Both the position numbers and the translations under genes were made by a program. The notes beneath the pieces were generated by a model. The model saw only the letters and a list, made by a program, of their open reading frames with translations, was not told the DNA's origin and searched no databases. Below, piece by piece: positions 37,327-49,701 of a DNA stretch of 64,000 nt. Source of the DNA: Kudoa neothunni. Its lineage: Eukaryota > Animalia > Cnidaria. The stretch spans positions 16,269,731 to 16,333,730 of the forward strand of contig OZ199838.1 in assembly GCA_964304625.1 (NCBI GenBank). The letters run 5' to 3'. Position 1 is the first letter of the stretch. Each line of letters begins with the position of its first letter.

Positions 37327-40266
37327 ATGAAAACTCAATTAGTCACAACTAGTTTATTAATTTTGTTTACATGTAATTAATTTATATTGATTATTTTATT
37401 AATTTCTTTAAGATATTAATATATATTCTGCTGTTGAAGATAAACCAGTGGTCCAAGCACCTACAAAAATACTTTCCTACAGCATTGTAGAAAGGAAAGT
37501 TCAGTTGGTTTTAACTGGGTCAGACTATGAAGTAGCTACGAAAAAATGTCTCATAAGAAAAGTGAACAATGATGGAAATGGATTTGAGAAGATAAATGCT
37601 TGTGAAGCTAACGCAAATGACGTAACAGACAGATGCGTACGTGATTGTGTAGGAATCGACAACAAATTAGCGTTTAATGTCTTGTCACCAAGAACAAAAT
37701 TTATCTATATATATTCCGGATTGCAAGCATCAGCTATCAAAGAAAAAGATACAGGTGGAGAGGTTTTTGGACTTGCTATTCGTAATCCATATTAAAAGTA
37801 TTTATTTTTTTACTTAAAATTAGCGCTCTTGGTGAATCCAACAATCACAATATCCATAGATGCTACCTCGAATAAATTAAAGCTTGCAGCTAAAACATGT
37901 AAACAAGTTGCCTGCCCAATTTTTTACAAAGATGTTCAATACGTGGCTGGTACAATGGGAGGAAACTGTGATTCTGATAACAGCAACAACTTGGTTGATT
38001 TTGACCTTATGATTCCTCACTATGAGATGATATGTGAAAATTACCCAAGCTTTTTCTATCAGATGCCGAATTCTTACATGAAAAAAAATATTGACATATA
38101 TAAACCCCAATATTACGTTACTCACAAAAATGTTGACATTAAGAAAAATTATATCCTAAAATTCACCAATTCATTTCCTTCTGAAATATGTTTATTCAGT
38201 ATTAAAGATGCTTCAACAGCTGCAACAGGAACAACGAGGAATTACGCATCAGTGTGTGGAGGAGAAGCCGATAAAAAATGTCATGCACCCTGCGATACTG
38301 TTGAATTAACACTTTCTGAATTCAAACAGATTGTAAAAATATTAATTCAGACTAGACATCATAATTTAGAAGAAAGAAATGGAGTATTTGAGGGTTATGA
38401 GGAGACAAAATATGGTATGATTTTTATTATGAACATTTAGCTTTTCATTCATTATAGCTATCGAAGAGTCTGACGCTGCGAATACACTTTTTAGTGCGCA
38501 AACGGATGTTGGGATTACACTTAGCCCTTCTCCATACAATAAACAAGGCACATCCCCACAGTTCACTACTTGTTCGTTAAAACATTTTCCTGCCGACAAA
38601 CTCAGGCCAGTCGAAGGAGGAAATACGCAGTGTGTAAGTAATGCTGCATGTGGAAGTGAATGTGCAACCCCTTCTGCTATAAATGGGCTGACGGCGGGGA
38701 AAGCATACATAATTGAGATCACTCCGACAACCATATCTGGTCACGCAAGTTTTAAAGAATACCTGTTTTTTAGAACGAGTAAGAGAAATATTCATAACTG
38801 TCATTAAATTATTTTTAGAAGAATCTGGTACATTAAATTTCGCCGCCACAATACCTACAGCAACCGACGTGACTGCTACAATTAAAGCGGTTGATGGTGA
38901 CGTGGTAAAAACAGACGCAGCTGAACCAACGTGCTCATATTACGTCAGTATACAAGATAAAAACACATTCGTAGAAGCAGAATGTGAAGACAGCAATCCA
39001 TGTAGAGGATTCTGTAAAGACACCAAGAAGTTGATAAATCTGAACCCTAAAACAAACTACGATATTAAGGTTGTTTCGCACAAAGGCTATGGAATCAAAA
39101 TATTTAAAAATATTCCAACTAGTAAAAAATATTTAATTTGAACAAATATAAATTATATTCGCTAGTTTGGTCAACCATGACTCTTTCTAAGAAATTCCTA
39201 GATAAAGGATTTCAAGTAGTTGGAACCTTGACATCTGCCTACCCACAAGCGGTATGTCATTATAAAATAAGAGAAAAAAATGGAGAGACTCTAGAAGATG
39301 TTTATTCCTGTCCGATAGTTGTCCCTCCGCCGCTGCCGGTTAGTCCACCTACCGAAAATATTTCTGATCCTCCTACGTCTCCTGAAACTCCACAAACGAA
39401 CCAGCCTACGCCGATTAACGGTTCAAATTTGTCAGGAATAAGAATAGCAAGAGCTGGTAATGTAGAAGCAACTAATGCCATATCCACCGAACCCATTACT
39501 ACTCAGTCTAGGTTTCCACCTTGCAATATACCGCCACTCTGCAGAAATATAGTAATTAGTGATGGTTATGAGGCTAATAAAGAATACCAAGTTCTGGTGA
39601 CGGCTGTAGGTCGATCAGAAGAAGTGTCAATTAACATTCCTAAAAGTACCATATAAAGTCACTAATACAAATATTTCTTAAATTGTCATATAAATATAGA
39701 TTCACTCCCAGAACTCTCTCAGGATACAAAAAAACAAATTACAGTAGTTATTGAGAGAGTGGGAAATGCGTTAAAAATCACTTCATTTCTTCCAAAAGGA
39801 AAGGATGATAATTCAGTATGTCGATGGATACTAAGAGACGTCACTGATGTTTCCCAACGAATAGTGAAAAAATGTGAACCGAATAGAAGTAAAGGTTGCA
39901 AACTTCCAACTTGCAAATCATTTACCATCGAGGACGTAAGTGATACCAATGATTATCACCTAACATTGATTCACTCCCGAGATCACAGTGTTAAAGGAAT
40001 TGGAATAATAAAACGAGGTAACTAACAATTAATGATAATAATTATGATAATTAATAATATAGGAGAGACTTCGAATCAATCCAGGTAAGATAAATCCTAT
40101 AATGTTTAGTGTAATGTATTTTTAGGGCAAGAACCTCAATGTATTAAATTTTGAGTTGATATGTCGGAATAAGTTTTTATTTAGGATTGTTGGCATCATT
40201 GTTCCAGTCGCTATTATTTTCGTGGGGGTTGGGTTTTACTTTGGTTATTGGAAGAATAGAGGATAA
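37327..40266 (+). CDS. Gene E: type I membrane protein with about 6-7 Cys-rich fibronectin-III-like modules
   Basis: Signal MKTQLVTTSLLILFTY. Phase-1 introns between most modules. GLTAGKAYIIEIT and NLNPKTNYDIKVVS resemble the FN3 L-x-P-x-T-x-Y motif. Micro-exons 40063-40084 and 40126-40140. TM IVGIIVPVAIIFVGVGFYFGYW, tail KNRG*. Confidence 0.85.
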
Positions 40267-40589
40267 CTTTGATTAACTCACTTAAACATTTGGAACATAT
40301 TACATTATTTCTTATTAGTTTATAATTTTATAATTGAATATATTATAAATATTTGTAAATTTATTTACCAATAATTATCCATTATATTTGATATTTAGTT
40401 TGTTTAATATTCGAATGAATTAAGGAAAGCAATAAAATATATATTTTTTAATCTTTAAATATTATTTCGTATGTACTATTTAATGTCTTTTTTTAAACGG
40501 TAAACGAAATTATCAACTGTCTGGTTACCTCAGTTTCATCGAATTAGACGACACCATTTAATCATGGGATTTCTTATCGTTCGTAATTA

Positions 40590-41125
40590 TCTCCATTGTG
40601 ATAATGCTTAGCAAAATTTCATTCCAATCAGATATTGTTCTTGAATAAATAATTCCGACTTGATTTTGTATTTCGTTTTAGGAAATCTAAACAAATTTAA
40701 TTTCTAGTAGAACATTATAAATAATTTCCACAAAGTTGACTCAGAATAAGAAATAATTTAAGCCTCTCAGTCTTTTCTTGTTAAATAAGTGATGGCACTG
40801 AATATGCATCAGATCCCGATAGTTTTCTTTATGAGATACATTAATTTGCCATTTGTACACTTTTTTTGATTAAATCGAAAAACGAATATGATATTTTGTA
40901 ATATTATAAACTATGGCTATCATTTGAATGCACAAAAAGTCAAATTGGTTGAACCAATACTCTGAATAAAAATTTCTCTTATAATTTTCGATCTACCAAC
41001 GGCGCGACGAATGTTTATGACCGGACTCCTTTATTGTAAATAATATTCAAATAATATGTTTTCTTTCGTTTTGCAATACTAAAGTTTACCAGCTTTTCCA
41101 ATGAGTTCGGAAGCATCAATTATAT
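40590..41125 (-). mobile_element. Possible decayed non-LTR retrotransposon (LINE ORF2 C-terminal remnant)
   Basis: RVLVQPI* and SRTISDWNE resemble the LVRPILEY and FxxRxIxxWN motifs of LINE ORF2 ends. Many lesions. Confidence 0.35.
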
Positions 41126-41131
41126 TTGTAA

Positions 41132-43001
41132 CTAGCGCTAATGCCTAGCATTGCCTGGTACTATATGACAGAAAATTTTAACTTTTAGTTTTATTTTGGA
41201 ATGAAGATATTCTACGGAAGATTTAAACTAATTAACACGTTAAACGCTGTAAATTTTATTTTTCAATTTTAATTGGTGTATTTTAAAGCTTGACATTATT
41301 TTTATTACGTGATGTTTTAGATAAACAAAATTATGCACACACATTCAAATCAAATATAAATAGAGGTAATGAGAGAAATTAATGAGTATTTTTAAGTTTA
41401 TTTTACGAATTATTGACCAAAATTACAACGACCTTAATTTTGTGCGCAATTTAATTAACGATCAAAATTCATTTTATTGATTAAACAAAATCATTAAGTA
41501 ACTTAAATAGGACTTTAAGTTCTTTTCAAAATTTTGTGATAAAAATTCATCCTTCTAGTTATAAAATTTATCATTAGTCTACAAACGATAAAAAAATAAG
41601 ATCAGCCAAAGATGCGTTGGAAATAAAAATATCAATTGTTACTCCTTTTTTCAACTTTATAAAGAATGTTAATGATGTTCTAAAATGCTGTGAGCGGTAA
41701 TTTACGTATTCACTATTTTAACGTAATTTCCCCAATTTATAAATAAATCCGACCTTGCTTTTTATCAAGAATACTTACTGATTCAAAAATATGCACAGTT
41801 AATTAACAAAATCCGATTAATTCTAAAGTGTAATGGTGTTTTTCGTTTGAAAAATTACAGTAATCCTCAAATATCAACTGATTTTCTCGAAGGAGTGCGC
41901 CCTTTTAAAAATAACCGTATTGTTTGATTGCACAAAAAAAATTTCTTCGCATAGAATTATTCTTAGATTAACAAAAAATTGTTAAAATATCAAGTAGATC
42001 GAATAGATCAATAATTTCTTATTATTTTACGTGGCATAAATTGAGAGTGGATTATATTTTGAGCAAAAATAATCGTGAATATAAATTCTTAAATTACGTA
42101 TTGAATGAGGTGTCGCATATCTTCATGCAGAATTTATATCATAATGAATTATTTTTAGCTAAAAAAATGATATATTGATTTGAATATTAACCTTAAGTTC
42201 TGGGGGTAAGGAATATGTAGGTTATTAAGAATTTAAACATTCTTTAAAAAATAATCTCATCAAATATAGAAAATTATCGAAAAGAAGAATATAGTTTCAA
42301 TCTCAATCGATATATTGGATAAAAAGAAGTTTTCATATCTCAGGAATTTCAATGGAACATAATTTACATTTAAGAAATTTTCATAAATATTTAATTATTT
42401 GAAAACTATACATATATCTTACATGATTTTTAGAATACGTATAGAGATCAAATTATTACAACGTGGAAACAACTTAAAATCTCAAATTATGTGTTTTATT
42501 AAAAAGGATCATGTCTTTTTTTAAAATGTAACTATAATGCTTGAAAAGTGAAAATACATCCTAAATAATTTGATTGTGCTTCAAATTTTAAGGAAAATGC
42601 AACAACTCTTGTAAATGTGACGTTAATAATTTTATTTGTCTTAAAATTACTCCAAGCGACATATATAACCTTCATAGAAACGTTTATACCATAATTCAAA
42701 GATTCACTTTGTATGTAATGAGTGAAAGTTCATTTTAATTGACTATCACTCTGAAATAAACAAACAAACATCAATATTATTATTATTCAGGTACTTTTTA
42801 ATTGGCTATTTGAGTAGACAACCAGAAAATTCCTTATTTATAGCTGAGATATTAATTATATTCATACATTTAAGTAAATGAATGATTTTTATTAATGGTA
42901 CCATTTATTCAAAAGCGAACTAAAAATTGTATTTTAAAGTTTCTCTGTTGCGCACGCGCACTTGGAGACACACACAGACACTACTACTTTATATATTAGG
43001 A
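41132..43001 (-). mobile_element. Complete non-autonomous Helitron-like family 2 copy
   Basis: On the minus strand it starts A^TCctaatatataaag..gtctgtgtgtgtc and ends ccaggcaatgctagg..gcgCTAG^T. These are canonical TC/CTRR termini in an AT target with no TSD. Confidence 0.8.
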
Positions 43002-45772
43002 TATATATATAAATTTGAATAGGGATTTCGTGATTCCAAGTTTTGTGGTTGTTGCTAGTATTTACAAACATTTTGATTGATAATACATCTCAGTAAAATA
43101 ATTCTGTTAGTTAAAAACACTTGAAACATTTAATCACAAAATATATTGAAGTGGCTTATAAAATATGACGTATTATTCCATTTTAAATTCCAAAACTTGG
43201 TAATAAATGTTTATTTTTAGTTTTTACATAATTTTTATATTTTTGAGATAAGTAATAAAATAATTTATTTGATATATTAACATACTTAATTATTTCATTT
43301 AAAATGCTTAAAAATCGTGTATTTTGATTTGTGACGATTACACTATATTAAAGTTAATTATAATTACAAAATTATTATTTAGTATTTTTGTTTTTAGTTA
43401 TTTAATAGATATAAATAAAAAGATGACTTAATAAGATAAATTAAAATTTTTCATGTTTGAATTTGGGAGAAAATATTGTTATAACTTTTTTTTAAATCAT
43501 GAATAAACTAAGAAAAAAAATTTATAAACTTAAAACCACGTTGATTTATATCATAGTTAAGTTGAAACATCTTTATTCTAATTTTTAATAGAATAAATCA
43601 GAAAGTTCTGTTTTTAAAATAAGAAATCAAGATTGAACATTTACTAACTTATTACTAACAGATACAAATTTTAAAAAAATTCAGTGAACAATTAACGACT
43701 TGGAATTTGTTAAAATTACAGAGAAATAATAATTTTTTAATATATTTTTCAACAACATAGAGATTCCACGTACATCCGAATGTGCTATACTTAAGATTTA
43801 TTTTCAATTTATAGTTTATTTGTTTTGAAGGGAATTTAACTACATATTGTAATTTTTTGTAATAAGAACAAAAATGAAAAAACGTTGAAAAAAGAAATGA
43901 ACTAACAGTCCGAATTGTAGGGAACGACTTTATTTCCGATTTTGTATGCGACACCGCCCGATGTTCCACACAGATAATGTAGTGTTGTAGTTTAGCTGAT
44001 ATCTTAAAAAAAATAAAATATTTTATTCCAAAAAATATTGCATTGGTGACTTTTGATAAGAAAGTTACTCCTAACATTTATTACAAAAATCCACTGTTAA
44101 CGAATCACACAATCTTGTAAATACATTAACTCAATCTCTTCAAACTAGAGCATAATCCCTATATTCTCGATTTTTAGAAGCCTTAGTTACAACCCTTATA
44201 ATCCACAAGTTACATAGGATAAAAAAATTTTTTGTCGTCATACGATAGATTATAAAGGGTTTTCTTTTGATGACGTTTGCGAAATTTGATTGAGCGAATC
44301 TCCTTCTAGAATTTTTTTTCTTCTCTGTTTTTTGCCCCGACTGGATTTGTTCTGAATACCCTTTCTATGTGTTCGAATTCGAAAGTGTTTCCGACTCAAA
44401 ATTTTTGGTCGAATTCCGAGGTTGCGCTGTAAATGTATGCTCAATAATTTAGTTATTAGTTTTTTTTAATAATGAGTTTTCAACTATCTCGGAAGTAAAA
44501 TTAAATTCTTTAACTCGTGTTATAATTATAATATATTTGAAAAATATATCCAGAATAAATATATATTTTTTATTTATCTTAAACTTCTTATACTAAAAAA
44601 ATACAAAATTACAGTTTTTATTTTTTATTATATTTTAATTGATAAATAATACTTTTTTTATTTTAAATAATGTATTCAATTTTGTTTAACAGATTATATG
44701 AGGAGACTTACAAATTATATATTAATGTTAGAATAATCTATTATATTCATATTCACGACCGAACTAATATTTTAGTTTTTAAAAACTTTTTTGAGTCATA
44801 TTTTATTTTTAATTTAGAAAATGTATGAAAATAATTGAAAAATTAATAGATGGTACATGAATAAAAACATTAAAAGATGTAAGTGAATTATTTGTAGTAA
44901 ATAATATTATTTATTCCAATTCATAAAATTACAAAAAAAGAACAAATAATAAGCTTAGTAATATTAAATTCTATAATGAATTAACTTATAATCAAATGAC
45001 AATGCATTATTAGGTCAATTATTTGTGATAAAATATTATTGTCAATTTTGTCTCTATTAAACATAAATCATTGAGGAATAATTATCATCCAATATAATTT
45101 TTTCCTATTGTGAACTACATTGAAAAATATTGATAAACTTGAGATAATAAGGACGCCCACTTCCATAAAACAAAAATAGAATATTAAGTACACTCAAGGT
45201 ATCAAGCGAAATTCGTAATCCTCTGTATAGTTACGCCTCCCTTTGAGATTGAAACAACCCTCAATTAATAAGAACATACCTTATCGACTTATACAAGTAG
45301 TTTGTATTTATATAATTTAAGGAGTTCCCATATAGTATTATAACATTTGATTTAATTATTTGTTTTAATTATAATATTAATTTTTTCAAGAAAAATGATC
45401 AATAAAACTTTTTATATTTAAATATATATAATTATTTAAAAAAATTTTTTTTTATTAATAGTTATCTATTAAGAAATATGTATAAACTTTATGCTGTAAA
45501 TAATTACTTAAGAATATATTGAATATTAATGAAACTAATATTATTTTTTAATACTATCAACAGTTAATGCCTTGGGTGTGACTAAATACGATATCATACA
45601 GCTAATATTTCCTATATATTCAATTATAAATATATCAAAAGGTAACAATTTTTCTTTTTTTATTACAAATAGACTTATAATTATTAAATTTTATTAGAAA
45701 AAAATCTAGAATCCTATGTTTTAAATTTATGTTTGTGAATATGAATGAATATATTTTTTTTAATAGAATCGA

Positions 45773-47785
45773 ATGCTTATTTATTGGGTGTATCCGTTGT
45801 TAATTTTCATTATTCCTATATTACCTACAGAAATAGAAAATAAAACTGTATGAATCGTTGGCTATTACCTACAAATGATAACATTTATTTTACACAGAAA
45901 GTATTGTTATATGTGGAATATGGCGTTCTGCACGCCACACATTATTCGTGTGTAACTGATCAGACTCAATTTTTTGGAGTAAAATGTAACGAAGAATACG
46001 AGGAAAGATGCTATTGTACAATAATTGTTGATAATTATTTATTCTAAAACCAATATTAAGATGTAAACACTTTGGATGCTAATCATGTCGACATCGAAAA
46101 TGATTGTTTAGAATACTTCAATAATTATGTCGATCTCACCAACGCTAGTGTTACCGTGGTAGTACCTGATAAAACATTAGAGCATCGGTAGTGAATTTCA
46201 TTATTCTTAATAATGGAATGAGATTTCGATCAATAATTAATATTTTTAGATTTCAAAGTAAATTTTTCAACAACTGGCCAGAAAACGAAAATAAATTTCG
46301 AAATCTTACAATTAATAAAAAGTTTATGGAAATACGTTATTATGAACTGACTGCATCTGAAAAAACGTTTTATCATTATGTTTCCTCGAACGAAGAAACA
46401 ATTGACACGAACACTGTAAGCATAATAATTAATTTAATTTTTTTCAATCACCTTATTAAGGGAGAGGGACAAAAATATGAAACACAGGTATATGAAAAAT
46501 ATATTCTCTAATAAAAAAACTTAATACGGATTTATTTGAAAAATATATACACATTAATATCAACATATATATATATATATATAACAATTAAGGTTTACAG
46601 ACAATATGGTCACATATCCTTGAGTGATGTGTTGAGTATTGGATACATTACAGAAAAAAATTCAAAAAATAAAGATACATTTGATTACTCCATCAATTCA
46701 TTGATATATTCATTTTATGCCAAATATATACCAAAAATGGGTCTCAACGATATCATTCCTAAACTATTATTCAAACTTATTTTAGTATATGAACTTTTAT
46801 AAAATAAAATGTTTTATTTTTTAGGATGGAAAATATAATTATGATCAAGAAAATGAAATCATCATCATTGATTTCTCCTGTTCATTGATAAATACTATAA
46901 CGTCATTTTCCAAAGATAAATACACTAGTTGGTTTGCCAATATGAATGGTGATAGTGGAAAATATTTTAAACCTATCAATATTAAAGCAGCCTTTAATAT
47001 TTTTAAATGTTTGGACCTAATAAATGAAGTGACATTTGTTTCAAACCAAGCACATCCTTGGAATAATAGTACTATTAAACTGATTTCAGATGGATTTCCT
47101 AAAAAGACTGGAATCAGATACTTTCGAGTAATCAAAATATGTATTAATAATTTTATTCATGAAAAATTAATAATAATAATAATAAATAATAATGCTAAAC
47201 TTTTAGGTATATGGGTTTTATTCTAGTTTATTGGACCAAAATAACAACTATTCACTAGCGAATTTCGAAAATATAATACAAAAAATTATGGAATCACCTA
47301 AACCACACTTTGAAGTACCTACATTCATATTTACTCATTTAAAAATAATTTAGAGTATGGTTCATGCTATGTACTTTTATTCCCTTCTTTCTTATATGGA
47401 CAAAAATATAATAACAGAAGATAACAATAAACTTTATAAATTCGAAGTACATAAGCATAATAAATATAATCGAAGGATACATCTTAATATAGTCGTCTTA
47501 TTCGGATTGGAAAAAAGAACTTATCAGTGGCGCTGCGATATTAAAGCTCACACCAAGTGACTTTTATGTTTATATGTATTAACTATAGAAAATGCTCCTT
47601 GAAAAATAGATTTCAATGAAACCGACAAGAAAAATAGTAGCCTGGCTGTAACGTATAAGCAAAACGAATCTAACAAGTCAAAAACTGTATTGGTGGTTGT
47701 AGTTGTTATTACACTTATTGTAATAATAACAGTCGCATTATCAATTGGAATTTATTACTATGTCTCCAAAAGAAACCAAAAATGA
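45773..47785 (+). CDS. Paralog F: type I membrane protein with very short stalk; needs an extra 39-nt intron (47315-47353), otherwise a pseudogene
   Basis: MLIYWVYPLLIFIIPILP signal, FFGVKC, NASVTVVVPD, LTASEKTF, micro-exon 46461-46487, LSIGYITE, DFSCS, HPWN, FPKKTG, SDWKKELI. TM VLVVVVVITLIVIITVALSIGIYYYV, tail SKRNQK*. Confidence 0.8.
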
Positions 47786-48224
47786 TTTATCTAAATATAT
47801 TATACACCATTCGGAGAATATTAATTAATATATTTAGTATTTATTGATATTATTTTATTATTAAATTAATACTGAGTGTTCTATTCTTCTGTTACTTTTA
47901 TTTTATCTGCCATTCAAATATTCAATATTCTGTGGTCTGCTTTGCAAATATTTATAGGAATAAAATAAATTATAGGGTTAAGCCGATTAAATAACTTTAT
48001 AGAAAAATTACCAGCAACACATCATGCATTTTTTTCATGTATTCCCCTAATAAGAAATGATAATACATGATCTTTGTATGGAAATATTACCATACCATAT
48101 TTCACCATCAAGATCAAAATAAGCCTAATTAAGGTCAAATATAATTTTGCATTTATAATTTAATAATATTCATTTAAATACTCTGAGTCATCGAGGAAAT
48201 TTTAGGATCAGTGAATGTAAATCA

Positions 48225-48723
48225 GCCTGGGCAATGTGGCATAGTGGCGTTAGGTCGAGATCGAACATCGTGAGGTTGCATGTTCGAAGCCTAGTCCAGG
48301 CATATCTGTATTCCTAATCCGAAATTAATTAGAAGGGCTGTAGTAATCGCAAGGATCTACGATTTTTCGTAGCTATGCATGAAGCTGGGAGGGGAACCTG
48401 GCGGAAGGGTAGATCTCGGGAGCTCATAAACGCCGGGGTACAGAAACGAAATACAACCCAGCAGGGGGTTTCCGTAGAACCGACGCCCGTATTCAGACGA
48501 CTTTTCCAGACTAATTCTAGGTTAGTCTAGGGTATGGTTGGGTGGTGGTTGCTCCGAAACGAGGATTTTTAGTGGGTTAAAATCCCACACAACCGCATAA
48601 ACGTAAATCGCCTGAATATGACGCTACGGTGCCTAAACCGTAAATGCAGAAGGCCTAACCATCCCGAACATCACAACCTAACAATTTGAGCCTGGAATTT
48701 GACCTTGTAAACAAAAAACAAAG
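48225..48723 (+). mobile_element. tRNA-derived SINE, copy 1
   Basis: Pol III A box tggcatagtgg (48237-48247), B box gttcgaagc (48282-48290), 7-bp acceptor-like stem gcctggg/tccaggc, A-rich tail. Second copy at 13987-14489. Confidence 0.85.
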
Positions 48724-48953
48724 TAAAAATAAATATAGCTCCTTAATTTAATAATATGGAAAAATATTCTTGAAATTGAGATTTTAACGTATAATAAAGT
48801 TATTATAATTAGGAGGAACTTTTTTGAGATTTCTTATTCTAAATATTTCCGATTATACGATAAGTAATATGGATAAGATTATAAATCACAAATATAAAGC
48901 GCGGATAATAATTGACAAGCGTTTCGAATAACTTAAGACATCTCTAATATTAA

Positions 48954-49192
48954 CCCATTCGATGTTTTCGTTTCGTTTTCGCAAAAAAATATGTTTCATT
49001 ATAAAAAAATATAAAATTAATATTTTAATGTTATTCTGTTATTTTAAATTCTCAAATATAAAAATTTATGGAAACAAATATTATTGGAATTAATTTATAT
49101 ATATGATAATAAAAGCTCCAAAAGAGAGATGAATAAATATTGAATTGTAAAAAACACGTGTTGTGAAAACGCAACGAAACCCTCGGATTGGG
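48954..49192. mobile_element. piggyBac-type MITE, about 240 bp
   Basis: ttaa^cccattcgatgttttcgtttcgttttcgcaa versus ttgtgaaaacgcaacgaaaccctcggattggg (imperfect TIR). Confidence 0.55.
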
Positions 49193-49211
49193 TAATTGTG
49201 TGCTCTTTTTT

Positions 49212-49690
49212 TAATAACGCTGCGTAATTGAGCCAAAGTCGTCCATGAATCTTTTTGATGCTGTCAAAGAGTGTGAAGATAACGAAAAACTAGAGTCGAT
49301 TAATTTTGTGTTATTACCTCCTGAAAAAGTCGACGATCTTACAGATACCGAGGATAATTTTGAATCCAATTTTAATGGCATATGTGACATCAATTTAATT
49401 CATGAGACATGTGTAGAAATTGAAATATTTTCTGAACCGTTAGAATCATTTATAAACGATGATACGTTGATGTGGACTGATAAAATTGATATCGTTTGTA
49501 TTCAAGAAAAACCAGAATTTTTATGTCAGAATGAGACTATCTTAATCAATTGGAATGTGGTTGATGTTTCAACTATACTTGAAAGGAACCTAAATTCTTA
49601 TGGAACAAACTAATTTGTATACGAGCTAGAATAACAACCATGACCTTCATGTTACGATTAATGAAATAAAATCTTTTATTGACACGCCAG
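49212..49690 (+). pseudogene. piggyBac (PGBD2/3-like) transposase N-terminal fragment
   Basis: NFVLLPPEKVDDLTDTED acidic N-terminal motif, then TNLY..VTINEIKSFI. Broken by the hAT at 49702. A piggyBac-like right end lies at about 52700-52765. Confidence 0.55.
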
Positions 49691-49701
49691 TCTATGTATA
49701 G

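Noticed and set aside
43655-44444. 140-aa and 64-aa minus ORFs as a gene or transposase
   Set aside because: Low-information composition, with only faint and conflicting TE-like words. Cannot be supported without a search.
48225-48302. Functional tRNA gene
   Set aside because: The T-stem does not pair, and homology with the 13987-14489 copy extends about 420 bp beyond the head, so it is a SINE.
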